Source: a virus (Duplodnaviria; Caudoviricetes). From it: 64,000 bases of DNA. Where the stretch lies: the IMG/VR virus record IMGVR_UViG_2873258297_000006, positions 1 through 64,000 of that record; one strand, written 5' to 3'. The notes beneath the pieces are model-generated. The model searched no databases. It saw nothing but the letters and a program-made list of their open reading frames with translations, and was not told the DNA's origin. Positions 9,868 to 18,861 of the stretch are shown here, piece after piece (position 1 is the first letter of the stretch; every line of letters begins with the position of its first letter). Both the position numbers and the translations under genes were made by a program.

Positions 9868-9927
9868 TGGCTGGTCACCAGGCTGTGACACGTTGGCTGG
9901 TCAGTGACCTGCCGGTGACCGGTCACC
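9868..9927. promoter_or_regulatory. Putative operators in the divergent RHH/HNH intergenic region
   Basis: TGGCTGGTCA at 9868 and 9894; perfect 14 bp palindrome GGTGACCGGTCACC at 9914-9927; several GTGAC/GTCAC half-sites. Confidence 0.5.
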
Positions 9928-10042
9928 CTGCGATAGGGTTCAAACGTGCCGCGGCGGCACCGAAACGCTCAAACAGGCCGCCATAAGGGCTTGGTTCCGT
10001 GCGCCCAAAAGCCCCCAACCAGCACTCTCCGAAAGAAGATCA

Positions 10043-11323
10043 ATGGCCGTCTCCAAGCGCCTTCGCTACGAGATCCTCCGCAGGGATCAGCACACCTGCC
10101 GCTACTGCGGCGCGTCCGCCCCGGCAGTCCCGCTGCGCGTCGATCACGTCACCCCGGTCGCGCTCGGCGGCACCGACACACCCGACAACCTCGTCACGTC
10201 CTGCGAGCCGTGCAACAGCGGCAAGAGCAGCGCCACCGTCGACGCGGCCACGGTCGCCGACGTCAGCGACGACGCGCTCCGGTGGGCCGCCGCCATGACG
10301 CAGGCCGCCGAGGAACTGCGCGAGCAGCAGGCCCCGAAGGTCGCGTACCGGCAGGTATTCCAGGACGCCTGGAACGGATGGACCTGGGAGCGTGACGGGA
10401 AGAAGGAAACGTTCGACCTCCCCAAGGACTGGAAGGGAAGCCTCGACGCCTTCCGCGAGGCCGGCCTGCCGCAGGACGTCTGGCCCGACATCGTCGAGAA
10501 GTCGATGACCAACAAGACGGTCAGGTCGGAGAACCTCTTCCGCTACTGCTGCGGCATCGGCTGGCGCATGGTCGGCGAACTCCAGGAGCGGGCGCGCGCG
10601 ATCGTAGGCGTCACTCCAGATGCGTCGAATCCCATCGATTCAGTCGTTCAGGCAGCCGTCGACACCTGGAAGGGCAACAAGTTCGGCGACATCAGCGATG
10701 ACGAACTCGCCCGCTTCGAGGCGAGCGCGGTAGCAGCACGCGAGGCGGAAGAGGAAGACGCTCACCGCATCGTTCAGGCCGGCCAGTACGCAGCCTGGTA
10801 CGGCGAAACCGAAGTGGTCGCCGCACTCGCCAAGCTCGACCGCGACGAAGCCTTGCAGGAATGGACCTTCGCATGGCTGTCCGCCGCAGGGGAGTGGCCT
10901 GACGACGAGCCAACTGAGCAGGCGCGCACGCAGATCGACCGTCTCCTCAACGGTCAGGTGAACGTCGCGCGGGTCACGCGGGCTGCGATCTATGCCGGGT
11001 CCCGCCGTTCGGTACGGATCTACTTCGGTCTCTCCGAGGCGGAGCTCAAGATCAGCGGCCAGCACGAGGTCATCTCGAAGTCCGTAGAGGCGTGGGTCCA
11101 GGCGTATCACTCCACGGCCGGCCACTGGCCCTCGAAGGCTGAGGTCTCCGCCTTCTTCGCCAGCATGCGGCGGATCGGGGCCGACGGCGAGATCTGGATC
11201 GACGACATCTACCCGGCGGCTGCCGCAGCTGGCGCCTATCTCGACCCGGACATCTCCACGTGCCTGACCCGACACCTGTCTGTATTCGAGGCCGCGGCTC
11301 GCCCGCTCGCGCCTGCCGCCTGA
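10043..11323 (+). CDS. HNH endonuclease with long C-terminal extension
   Basis: RYEILRRDQHTCRYCG...VDHVTPVALGG...NLVTSCEPCNSGKS (HNH with zinc site) in the first ~65 aa, then ~360 aa unassigned. Confidence 0.85.
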   Translation: MAVSKRLRYEILRRDQHTCRYCGASAPAVPLRVDHVTPVALGGTDTPDNLVTSCEPCNSGKSSATVDAATVADVSDDALRWAAAMTQAAEELREQQAPKVAYRQVFQDAWNGWTWERDGKKETFDLPKDWKGSLDAFREAGLPQDVWPDIVEKSMTNKTVRSENLFRYCCGIGWRMVGELQERARAIVGVTPDASNPIDSVVQAAVDTWKGNKFGDISDDELARFEASAVAAREAEEEDAHRIVQAGQYAAWYGETEVVAALAKLDRDEALQEWTFAWLSAAGEWPDDEPTEQARTQIDRLLNGQVNVARVTRAAIYAGSRRSVRIYFGLSEAELKISGQHEVISKSVEAWVQAYHSTAGHWPSKAEVSAFFASMRRIGADGEIWIDDIYPAAAAAGAYLDPDISTCLTRHLSVFEAAARPLAPAA

Positions 11324-11356
11324 CGTCCGCCATCCCTGCGATCGGAAAGAGATCCC

Positions 11357-12238
11357 GTGAGCATCAAGGTCACCAACTGGGTGTGGGCCCGGTCTGAGTC
11401 CCGTAACGGGGCTCGGCTGGTCATGCTCGCGCTGGCCGACCGGGCGGATGACAAGGGGCTTGCTTGGCCTTCCATCGAAGACCTTATGGATCGGACCAAG
11501 TTGTCTCGCCGCGCGGTCCAGAAGGGGATTGCTGCGCTCGTTGACGACGGCGAGTTGACGGTTGAGAACGGTGGCGGCAGGCACCGCTCGAACCGCTACC
11601 GGATCATCCCGAAACCGTGCACATCTGACGCGGTTACTCCCGAGGAACAGCGCACATCTGACGCGGTATTGGACTCAGAAACAGCGCACTTTGAGCAGGA
11701 AACAGCGTCAGATGTGCGCGAAACAGCGCACTCTGCGACGCGAAACAGCGTCCAGAGTGCACCCGAACCACCAGTAGAACCGTCAAGGGAACCGTCAGGG
11801 AACCACCACAACAACCGGCCAGCTCGACAAGATCGACGCCCTACGGCCCGAGGTGTGGAAGAAGCCCCGCTTCCCGAGGAAATCACCCGCCTCCAGGACG
11901 CCATGAGCGGCGCCGGGATCAACCTGCCCTGGAAGTTCCTCGGCGACGACATGATCCGGGTCCTCAACGACGTCAAGCGCCTCGGCATCCCGCTGATGGT
12001 CGAGCAAGCCCTCAAGGCCGAACAGGGCGCCAACCCGCCGCCCTTCAGCTCCCGCTGGTTCTACGACGGCTGGCACGCCATACGCACACCCGTCGACCTC
12101 GAAGGCGCCTCCGACGGCAGCAACGTCGTCGCGCTCCGCACCTCGCCGGCCGCCACCCGCCAGCAGCAAGAGACCAACGACCTCTTCGACCGCGCCATGG
12201 CGCGCGCCAAAGCCCGAATGGAGCAGGAATCTTCATGA
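11357..12238 (+). CDS. Phage replication initiator (N-terminal wHTH, lambda O-like organisation)
   Basis: ARLVMLALADRADDKGLAWPSIEDL..RTKLSRRAVQKGIAALVDDG (HTH_36-like); low-complexity linker encoded by iterons; followed by a loader-like gene. Confidence 0.8.
   Translation: MSIKVTNWVWARSESRNGARLVMLALADRADDKGLAWPSIEDLMDRTKLSRRAVQKGIAALVDDGELTVENGGGRHRSNRYRIIPKPCTSDAVTPEEQRTSDAVLDSETAHFEQETASDVRETAHSATRNSVQSAPEPPVEPSREPSGNHHNNRPARQDRRPTARGVEEAPLPEEITRLQDAMSGAGINLPWKFLGDDMIRVLNDVKRLGIPLMVEQALKAEQGANPPPFSSRWFYDGWHAIRTPVDLEGASDGSNVVALRTSPAATRQQQETNDLFDRAMARAKARMEQESS
11611..11761 (+). repeat. Iteron array / putative phage origin inside the initiator gene
   Basis: GAAACAGCG at 11678, 11699, 11720, 11742 (21/21/22 bp spacing), degenerate copies at 11611 and 11645; GCACATCTGACGC twice direct and once inverted. 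Confidence 0.75.
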
Positions 12239-12864
12239 CCCCCGACGAAACCGTTGTGCTCGCCCGCTATGTGCGGGCTCTCTGCCCCGGTCAGAAGTTC
12301 GACGAGTACACCCCGGACGCCTGGCACGACGTCCTCGGCGACTTCGCTCTCGCCGACGCTCGCGCAGCCGCCGCTGCCGTTGCCCGCCGTCAGCCGTTCG
12401 TCAGCCCCGCCGAGATCATCGGCGAGATCAAGCGGCAGCGAGGCGACCGTGCCGACAGCTTCCAGGGGCCCGGTCTTCCGGCCGAGATTCCGGACGCTGA
12501 CCCGGACGACGTCCGTGCGTACCTCGCTGCGCTGCGAGCTCAGAGGACACGGGCCGCGGATGGCTTCGAGCTGAAGCCGCGGAAGATGGCGGAGCTCCTG
12601 GCCGGCGTTGGTCGCGAAGTACCGGCGGAGATCGCCGAGGTGAAGCGCCCGGGACCGCTCGGAATCGAATGCCCGAACTGCTCGGCGGCGATAGGCCGGC
12701 CTTGCCGCACCCCGGGTGGTCACGAGCGAGCGCCTCACGCTGCCCGGGCTGGACGCACGGATCCTGCCGGCGACCAGGCCGAGATGGAGCGTCGCCGCGC
12801 GGCATCCGCCCGGCACCTCGCCCGCCTTGAAGCCGACGGCTCCGACGAGGAGGTCGCCTCGTGA
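12235..12864 (+). CDS. Putative helicase loader/inhibitor-like protein with C-terminal zinc finger
   Basis: Coupled downstream of the initiator; TPDAWHDVLGD...FVSPAEI pattern; CPNC..GRPC. Confidence 0.55.
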   Translation: MTPDETVVLARYVRALCPGQKFDEYTPDAWHDVLGDFALADARAAAAAVARRQPFVSPAEIIGEIKRQRGDRADSFQGPGLPAEIPDADPDDVRAYLAALRAQRTRAADGFELKPRKMAELLAGVGREVPAEIAEVKRPGPLGIECPNCSAAIGRPCRTPGGHERAPHAARAGRTDPAGDQAEMERRRAASARHLARLEADGSDEEVAS

Positions 12865-13205
12865 CTGCCGAGCAGATCCCGGACGACGACGGCATCCAGG
12901 TTGACGACGTGAAGGCGGTTCGCCGCGAAGGCCGCAGCGAGCTCAAGGCCTTGATGCGGGCGCAGATCCAGATCGGCCAGGCCCGCCGCGAGCCGACCGT
13001 GAAGCCCGCCCCGCCGCGCCCTCCCGGCCACAAGCCCGGCGCCTGGCCTGTCGGTACCAGCCCGCCCGGCCCGCCACCCGAGCGGAAGATCCCCGCCCAC
13101 GTCTGGGATGCGGCCGTCCGCCACTACCGCAACACCGAGCACCACCCCGACCAGCCCTGCGACTGCGGCAACTGCCCGCCGCCCAACACCGAGGAGAACC
13201 GATGA
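12861..13205 (+). CDS. Hypothetical protein
   Basis: GTGA overlap; Pro-rich; CDCGNC at the end. Confidence 0.6.
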   Translation: MTAEQIPDDDGIQVDDVKAVRREGRSELKALMRAQIQIGQARREPTVKPAPPRPPGHKPGAWPVGTSPPGPPPERKIPAHVWDAAVRHYRNTEHHPDQPCDCGNCPPPNTEENR

Positions 13206-13711
13206 ACGTCCGTGGCCCCGTCACTGTTGCCGCGTACATCGCGACCATTCCCGCCGCGAACCTGCTTGTGCAGCATGTCGGGCCCGTGCCCGTCGGCTTC
13301 GGGTACACCGCCCCGGCCGGGGTCTACATGGTCGGCCTGGCGCTGGTGCTGCGTGACCTGGCCCGGGAGGCAGTTGGCAGGGCCGCGGTCCTTGCCGCCA
13401 TCGCCGTCGGCGCCGTCGTCTCGTACTTCCTCGCCACGCCCGCGCTGGCCGTTGCTTCGGCTGCCGCGTTCGTGGTCGCCGAGACCATGGACTTCGCCGT
13501 CTACGAACCGCTCCGGGAGCGGGGCCTGCTCGTTGCGATGGGCGTCTCGAACGCAGTCGGTCTCCTCGCCGACAGCGTGATCTTCCTCTGGCTGGCGTTC
13601 GGCTCGCTCGAGTTCCTGCCCGGCCAGATCCTCGCCAAGGCGTACATGACCGCCGCAGCGATAGCCGTGATCGCCGCGGTCCGGCCGCGCCGCGTCGAGG
13701 TGGCCGCCTAG
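13202..13711 (+). CDS. yhhQ: VUT-family (YhhQ-like) queuosine-precursor transporter
   Basis: Fully hydrophobic with ~5-6 TMs; AANLL...APAGVY..GLALVLRDL..E, AF..AE..DFAVY..LR, SNAVG..ADS.IF..LAFG. Confidence 0.8.
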   Translation: MNVRGPVTVAAYIATIPAANLLVQHVGPVPVGFGYTAPAGVYMVGLALVLRDLAREAVGRAAVLAAIAVGAVVSYFLATPALAVASAAAFVVAETMDFAVYEPLRERGLLVAMGVSNAVGLLADSVIFLWLAFGSLEFLPGQILAKAYMTAAAIAVIAAVRPRRVEVAA

Positions 13712-13713
13712 TC

Positions 13714-14574
13714 ATGAAATTCATGCTCGGAACCCACATGGCGAACTGGCTTTGGGACGACGACGTGCGCCTTGACGGCGTGACGCTGTTCATCTCCCGC
13801 AACCGGCTTGCCAAGCGCGTCAGCGCCTTCCCGGCCGCCCGCCGGGACTGGGCGCTCGACAGTGGCGGGTTCACCGAGCTGAAGGACCACGGCGGCTGGC
13901 GCACCTCGCCCGAGGAGTACGCCGCCGAGGTTCGGCGCTACCGCGAGCAGCTGGGCCGTCTGCTGTGGGCCGCGCCGCAGGACTGGATGTGCGAACCCTG
14001 GGTGATCTTCGGCGGTGTTCACAACGGGCAGCGGTTCGCCGGAACCCAGGAAGCCCGCGGCATCAACCCCGGCAAGCCCGACGACCTCGAGGCCGCGGTG
14101 CGTATGCACCAAGAGTTCACCGTCCAGAACTACCTCGAACTCCAGCGCATTGCCCCCGACCTGCCGTGGATACCGGTCCTACAAGGCTGGGCGCTCGAGG
14201 ACTACGAGCGGTGCGCACAGATGTACGCCGACGCGGGCGTCGACCTCGCCGCTGCCCCGGTTGTCGGCCTTGGGTCCGTGTGCCGACGGCAGGCCACCGA
14301 AGAGATCGCCCGCATCGTCGACACCTTCCATGGCCGCGGCCTGCGCCTGCATGGCTTCGGCGTGAAGACCGATGGGCTCGCTGATTACGGCGACCAGCTC
14401 GTATCCGCCGACTCCATGGCCTGGTCGGTCGGAGGCCGCCGCAATCCCCGCCTCCCGGAATGCACCCACCGCGCGAAGAACTGCGCGAACTGCGCCACCT
14501 ACGCCCTGCGCTGGCACCAGCGCATCGTCAACGCCCCACCCACCTGGCGACAGCACCACCTGTTCGCTGCCTGA
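13714..14574 (+). CDS. dpdA: DpdA/TGT-like 7-deazaguanine transglycosylase
   Basis: TGT-fold motifs LDSGGF, QDWMCEP, PVLQG, GLGSVCRR, LHGFG, SADSMAW and a C-terminal CxH...CxNC cluster; 2 bp downstream of the VUT gene. Confidence 0.75.
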   Translation: MKFMLGTHMANWLWDDDVRLDGVTLFISRNRLAKRVSAFPAARRDWALDSGGFTELKDHGGWRTSPEEYAAEVRRYREQLGRLLWAAPQDWMCEPWVIFGGVHNGQRFAGTQEARGINPGKPDDLEAAVRMHQEFTVQNYLELQRIAPDLPWIPVLQGWALEDYERCAQMYADAGVDLAAAPVVGLGSVCRRQATEEIARIVDTFHGRGLRLHGFGVKTDGLADYGDQLVSADSMAWSVGGRRNPRLPECTHRAKNCANCATYALRWHQRIVNAPPTWRQHHLFAA

Positions 14575-14590
14575 CCTCGAAGGAGACCCG

Positions 14591-14896
14591 ATGACGATCC
14601 ACACCGGTGCCCCGATGCCCGAGTCCCTGCGCCACCAGATGCGCGCCACGCAGCACCCGGCCCGCGCCGTCGACTGCCCGCACTGCGGCGCCCACGCCCA
14701 CCGCCCGTGCCACCTCCGCACGACCGGCCGCCAGTTGCCGCAGCCGCACCCGCAGCGCGTCTCCGCCTGGGCGCAGACCACCGCCTGCTGCCCCGAATGC
14801 CAGGTCGAGCCGACCGTGCCCTGCCACGACGAAGGCCGCGCACGGGCCACCGTCCACCACCGCCGCCAGCAGGAAGCCGAGGCCACCGCCGCATGA
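14591..14896 (+). CDS. Double zinc-finger protein
   Basis: CPHCGAHAHRPC and CPECQVEPTVPC; AGGAGA RBS. Confidence 0.7.
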   Translation: MTIHTGAPMPESLRHQMRATQHPARAVDCPHCGAHAHRPCHLRTTGRQLPQPHPQRVSAWAQTTACCPECQVEPTVPCHDEGRARATVHHRRQQEAEATAA

Positions 14897-15108
14897 GCCC
14901 TTACGAGCGCCTGATGGCGGAGGCCCTGCCGACCGGCACGTTCGGCCACGCCGAGCCCGTCCGCCCCCGTCCGGCCGAGCGGGTCTCCCTGTGGACGCCC
15001 GACGAGCAGGCCGCACACGTCGCCGCCCTCGTGGCCGAGCTGGACCGGCTCGAAGGCCGCGGCACCGGCAAGCCGCGCCTGCGGGTCATTGAAGGCGAGG
15101 CCGCCTGA
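14893..15108 (+). CDS. Small hypothetical protein
   Basis: ATGA overlap; MSPYERLMAEALPTGTFG. Confidence 0.6.
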   Translation: MSPYERLMAEALPTGTFGHAEPVRPRPAERVSLWTPDEQAAHVAALVAELDRLEGRGTGKPRLRVIEGEAA

Positions 15109-15815
15109 TGACCGCCTGCCCGAACCCGACGAAGTCCCGGTACGCGACCCGTGAGGCTGCCGAGACTGCGGCCCGCCGTGTCGCCCTGCGCATCGAGGCG
15201 CCGCTGAGGCCCTACGAATGCGCCTGCACCTGGTGGCACCTCACCAAGAACCTGCCCGAGCGCCCCGTCGACGTCTCCGCCGCCACCCGCCACGACATCG
15301 AGTTCCTGAATGTCCTGCCCGACATCGACTTCCGCGAGGTCGTCGTCCGCGACGCCGACGGGCAAGGCGACCCCGGGCAGCGGGCCGCACTCCGCCACCA
15401 CCGCAACCAGGTCCGCTGGAAGAAGCAGCTCGGCCAGCTGATCGCCGACGTGGAAGAGCAGCTGAAAGACCGCCGCGGCGACAAGTCGCTCGCAAGCCAC
15501 GACTGGGCGAAGCGGGCCACCGGCTACCGGGACTCGCTGATCGTGCGGCTCAACGAGTGCAAGCGGCTCCGTGCCGCCGACCACGCGCAGGCGATCGTCA
15601 ACCAGGAACATCGCCGCCGGGATGCCGAGATAGCAGCCGCGGCCGGGGCCACCGTGAAGGAACTCCGGGCAGCGGCAGGGGAGATCGCAGTCCAGCGGCT
15701 GATCGCGGCCCACGGCCCAGAGTTCGACGACTACCTGGCCGAGGAGTACGCGGTGTTGGGGATCAGCTTGCCGGCCCGTGTCGAACGTCACCGGCGCGAA
15801 CGAGGTGCCGCCTGA
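15108..15815 (+). CDS. Hypothetical protein with N-terminal zinc motif
   Basis: CPNPTKSRYAT.EAA...RPYEC.C..WHLT. Confidence 0.7.
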   Translation: MTACPNPTKSRYATREAAETAARRVALRIEAPLRPYECACTWWHLTKNLPERPVDVSAATRHDIEFLNVLPDIDFREVVVRDADGQGDPGQRAALRHHRNQVRWKKQLGQLIADVEEQLKDRRGDKSLASHDWAKRATGYRDSLIVRLNECKRLRAADHAQAIVNQEHRRRDAEIAAAAGATVKELRAAAGEIAVQRLIAAHGPEFDDYLAEEYAVLGISLPARVERHRRERGAA

Positions 15816-15931
15816 TGTCGCCCGTTGTCCTCCGCCCGCAGCCGCCCGGCCTGATCCGTGACCGCCCGCCTGCCCCCGCCCGACCACTGTGACCTGCACG
15901 AATCCGTGAACTGACCGACAGGAGAACCGAC

Positions 15932-16486
15932 ATGACCGACCGCACGCCGCTCACTGAGCAGCAGCTCGACAGCTACGCCGAACTCGCGATCACCGCCGAA
16001 CACGACGGGATCCAGGTTGATCCGGCCGTCGTCACACGGCTCGTCGACGAGGTTCGCCGCCTGCAGTTTCAGTGCCGCTACCTGATCGGCCAGCTCGCGA
16101 AGCGGGACGCGGCGTCCGGCCGCGGCGACCGGGCGGTGCGGGAGTTCCTCACCGCCGACCCCGGCCCGACCGTGCAGCCGACCGGCTACGTCGTCTCCTG
16201 CCTGCCCGCGGGTCACGACGACCGGTGGACGTTCACCGTTCAGGTGCAGCACGCGGGCGGCGACAAGTTCGTCGTCAGGCACGGCCTCCGCCATTACGGC
16301 GTGGACGGCGCATGGTCCTACGAGCCCGGCTTCGACGAGGACGACGACTCGGCCGAGGTGGAGTGGGCTGATGCGCACCGCTTCGACCACGACACGGCGC
16401 TGCGCCTCGCCCGCGAGTTGGCGCCGCGGCTCACGTACCGGGGCCGGACCGTCGCCGACGTACTGGCCGAGGGAGCGCAGCGATGA
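15932..16486 (+). CDS. Hypothetical protein
   Basis: AGGAGA RBS, 184 aa. Confidence 0.7.
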   Translation: MTDRTPLTEQQLDSYAELAITAEHDGIQVDPAVVTRLVDEVRRLQFQCRYLIGQLAKRDAASGRGDRAVREFLTADPGPTVQPTGYVVSCLPAGHDDRWTFTVQVQHAGGDKFVVRHGLRHYGVDGAWSYEPGFDEDDDSAEVEWADAHRFDHDTALRLARELAPRLTYRGRTVADVLAEGAQR

Positions 16487-16758
16487 GCGATCTCTTCGAG
16501 GCCAACTCCGACGCGGCGACCGCACTTCTGGCTGCGGGCTGGACCGTCGACGATCACCACTTCCTGCCGACCCTGCGCAACGGCGGCGCCTTCTGGTCCG
16601 TCGGCGGTGACGCCACCTCGACGCTCTGGTCCGGCGACTGGATTGCCGAGTTTGACCGCGGCACCCCGGTGATCGTCGTCGTCGCCGCGTGTCTTGCGGC
16701 TGCGGGTCAGACCGCCGAGCGGCTGGCCGACGTGATCCCGATCCGCCCCACCCCGTGA
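16483..16758 (+). CDS. Hypothetical protein
   Basis: ATGA overlap. Confidence 0.6.
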   Translation: MSDLFEANSDAATALLAAGWTVDDHHFLPTLRNGGAFWSVGGDATSTLWSGDWIAEFDRGTPVIVVVAACLAAAGQTAERLADVIPIRPTP

Positions 16759-16835
16759 CACGCAGGACGGTCGGCCCCGCCGTTACCGGGCCCGACCGCG
16801 GCACCCATCATCCCGCACCGATCAAGGAGCAGCAC

Positions 16836-18014
16836 ATGACCGAGACCACCAACCCGCAGCCCGACCGGGTCACCGCGATCTACGACGCCATCGACGCCTT
16901 CCAGCGCACCCATAGGACCGGCGGCGGGCTTCAGCACGCACAGATCCGGGCCCTGCTCGCCGAGCACCTGGACCGCGCGCTGCCTACCGCGCCTGCCGCT
17001 GTGCCGTCTGCGCCCGCCGACCGGGTGGCGATCCTGCGGGAGGCCGCGCAGCGCCTGTACACCGCCCTCTTCCCCGCCGTCTACGACGACATGGGCCAGA
17101 AAGCAGCTGAGGGCGTCAACCGCGCGGTGAGCGAGCTGCGCCGCATGGCCGACGACGAGCAGATCGGGCTGCGTCTGCCGGACCACACCGTGAACGAGGA
17201 GGCGCACCCCCTCGACTGCGACGAATGCGGACACCCGTCCGCTGTGCACAGCACGGGCGAGGACCCCGTCAGTCCGGGCGAATGCTCCCTGTGCCCGGAC
17301 GGCGAGCAGACCCACGACTACCGGCCGGACCCCGGGACCGTTGCGGCGCCGCCGACCGAGCAGCGGAAGCCCGTCGACCGCGCGGCGGTACTCCACGAAG
17401 CATCGGCCGCCGTGATGGCTCTCGACTACCACGAGCTGCGCGCCGACTTCGAGTACGACAGTCAGCGCGACGCCTGGGACGGCGGAACGATCGACGCCGC
17501 TCAACTCCTGAGCTGCATGGCCAAGGAAGCCGAGTCGACGACCAACGAGCTGCCCGGCGACGAGGCGCAGCAGCAGGAGTCGGAGTCCGGCTGCGCGCAC
17601 TGCGTCTGCTGCCACGCCTGGGGCGACTGCGAGGCGCAGCAGCCCGAGACGCAGGCGCCCGTCCGCGTCGAAACCCTCGCCCGCCTCCTGTGCGACGCCG
17701 ACACCGCCCTGACCGACGGACCCAGTTGGGACCGGATCAGCCAGACGCCCGGCCTTGGCCGCGACGAGTACCGCAACGCGGCCCGCTACCTGCTCCGCAA
17801 GGTGACCGTGACGCAGGCCGACAACGGATCCGTCGAGTGCGGCGATCAGATCCCGGGCATGACTTGCACCCTGCCGGACGGCCCGCACGACGACTGGAAG
17901 CACCGAGACGAAGAGGGCCACTGGTGGTCCCAGATGCGCGTGCCGCCGCACAACAACCGTGACCGCCTCGCCGCAGAGCCCGCCGCCGTGTCCCAGCCCG
18001 GCAAGGAGGCCTGA
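16836..18014 (+). CDS. Mosaic low-complexity phage protein
   Basis: AAGGAG RBS; repeated DR(V/A)A(I/V)L(R/H)EA modules and several Cys/His clusters. Confidence 0.65.
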   Translation: MTETTNPQPDRVTAIYDAIDAFQRTHRTGGGLQHAQIRALLAEHLDRALPTAPAAVPSAPADRVAILREAAQRLYTALFPAVYDDMGQKAAEGVNRAVSELRRMADDEQIGLRLPDHTVNEEAHPLDCDECGHPSAVHSTGEDPVSPGECSLCPDGEQTHDYRPDPGTVAAPPTEQRKPVDRAAVLHEASAAVMALDYHELRADFEYDSQRDAWDGGTIDAAQLLSCMAKEAESTTNELPGDEAQQQESESGCAHCVCCHAWGDCEAQQPETQAPVRVETLARLLCDADTALTDGPSWDRISQTPGLGRDEYRNAARYLLRKVTVTQADNGSVECGDQIPGMTCTLPDGPHDDWKHRDEEGHWWSQMRVPPHNNRDRLAAEPAAVSQPGKEA

Positions 18015-18170
18015 CCATGGCCGTCCACGCCTGCCCGCCCGACGGCTCGGGCCTCACCCCCTGCTGCGCCCGCACTCCCTTCGAGCTTGCCGAAGACGAT
18101 CGGATCAGCAGCGAGGCGCCCGTCACCTGCCCCGGGCCCGCCGCCGTGTCGCGACCCGGCAAGGAGGCCT
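17978..18170 (+). repeat. Imperfect 35 bp direct repeat shared by adjacent genes
   Basis: GCCCGCCGCCGTGTC-N-CCCGGCAAGGAGGCCT at 17978-18012 and 18136-18170 (PAAVS.PGKEA). Confidence 0.7.
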
Positions 18171-18292
18171 TCACCCCGCCCGTGCACTACGAGCGCGACG
18201 ACGGCGTCGAGTGCTGCGTCCACGCCGTCCCCGTCGGGCCCGACTCCTGCACGCACTGCCGCGAGCTCGCCGCCGAGGAGCCCACCCCGTGA
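18017..18292 (+). CDS. Small Cys-rich protein
   Basis: AAGGAGG RBS; VHACPPDGSGLTPCC.RTPFEL. Confidence 0.65.
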   Translation: MAVHACPPDGSGLTPCCARTPFELAEDDRISSEAPVTCPGPAAVSRPGKEAFTPPVHYERDDGVECCVHAVPVGPDSCTHCRELAAEEPTP

Positions 18293-18390
18293 TCGCTGAG
18301 GCCATAGACGCCGCCATCGCCATCGGCTGGGCCTTGCTCGGCTGGATCATCTTCTTCGCCACCGTCGCCGCGATCCTCGGTGTGCGGTGC
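18289..18390 (+). pseudogene. Probably truncated small membrane gene
   Basis: VIAEAIDAAIAIGWALLGWIIFFATVAAILG is hydrophobic, then the frame runs antisense into the minus-strand cassette. Confidence 0.4.
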
Positions 18391-18409
18391 GAGGCGCTGG
18401 GAGCGGCGC

Positions 18410-18655
18410 TCAGGGCTGTTTGCGGGGGCGTCCGCCTCCGGCTCCGCGGCCGGGGCGGTGGGCTGCCCATTGGTCGATCGTCGTGTCCTGCCATACCGGG
18501 GAGCGGCCGAACATGTTGTCTGGCGGCGGGAAGTCGCCGACTTTGGGGCGGCCGGCGCGCCGGTTCGCTTCGGCCTTGGTGTGGTAGCTGCGCACCGTCT
18601 CGTAGGACAGGCCGAGGTGGGTGGCGATGGCCTGTAGGTCCAGCAGGTCGGCCAT
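18410..18655 (-). CDS. AlpA/excisionase-like HTH regulator
   Basis: LLDLQAIATHLGLSYETVRSY...FPPPD..FGRSPVW...TIDQW..HRPGRG. Confidence 0.75.
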   Translation of the reverse strand: MADLLDLQAIATHLGLSYETVRSYHTKAEANRRAGRPKVGDFPPPDNMFGRSPVWQDTTIDQWAAHRPGRGAGGGRPRKQP

Positions 18656-18861
18656 CAGGCGGCCGTCAGGCGTTCGAAGGACACCAGGGAGGGCTCGGTG
18701 TCGCCGTCCCAGATGACCAGCGCCTCGTACTCGCCGCCGTTCTCGGTGGTCTGGCTGGTGCGGAGCTGGCGGTCGTAGAACTCGCCGGTGCGGATGATGC
18801 GGCCGGTGGGCGTGACGCCGTTGACGCGCTGGCCGGTGCGGTAGGCGAGGTGCTGGGTCAT
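18655..18861 (-). CDS. Small hypothetical protein (SH3-like beta protein?)
   Basis: GGAGGA RBS; TGATG coupling to the HTH gene. Confidence 0.65.
   Translation of the reverse strand: MTQHLAYRTGQRVNGVTPTGRIIRTGEFYDRQLRTSQTTENGGEYEALVIWDGDTEPSLVSFERLTAA

Noticed and set aside
2445-11323. Methyltransferase plus HNH as a restriction-modification pair
   Set aside because: They are 7 kb apart in different transcription units; the orphan MTase interpretation is simpler.
10043-11323. HNH as an intron-encoded homing endonuclease
   Set aside because: It does not interrupt a gene, and no intron structure or split flanking ORF is evident.
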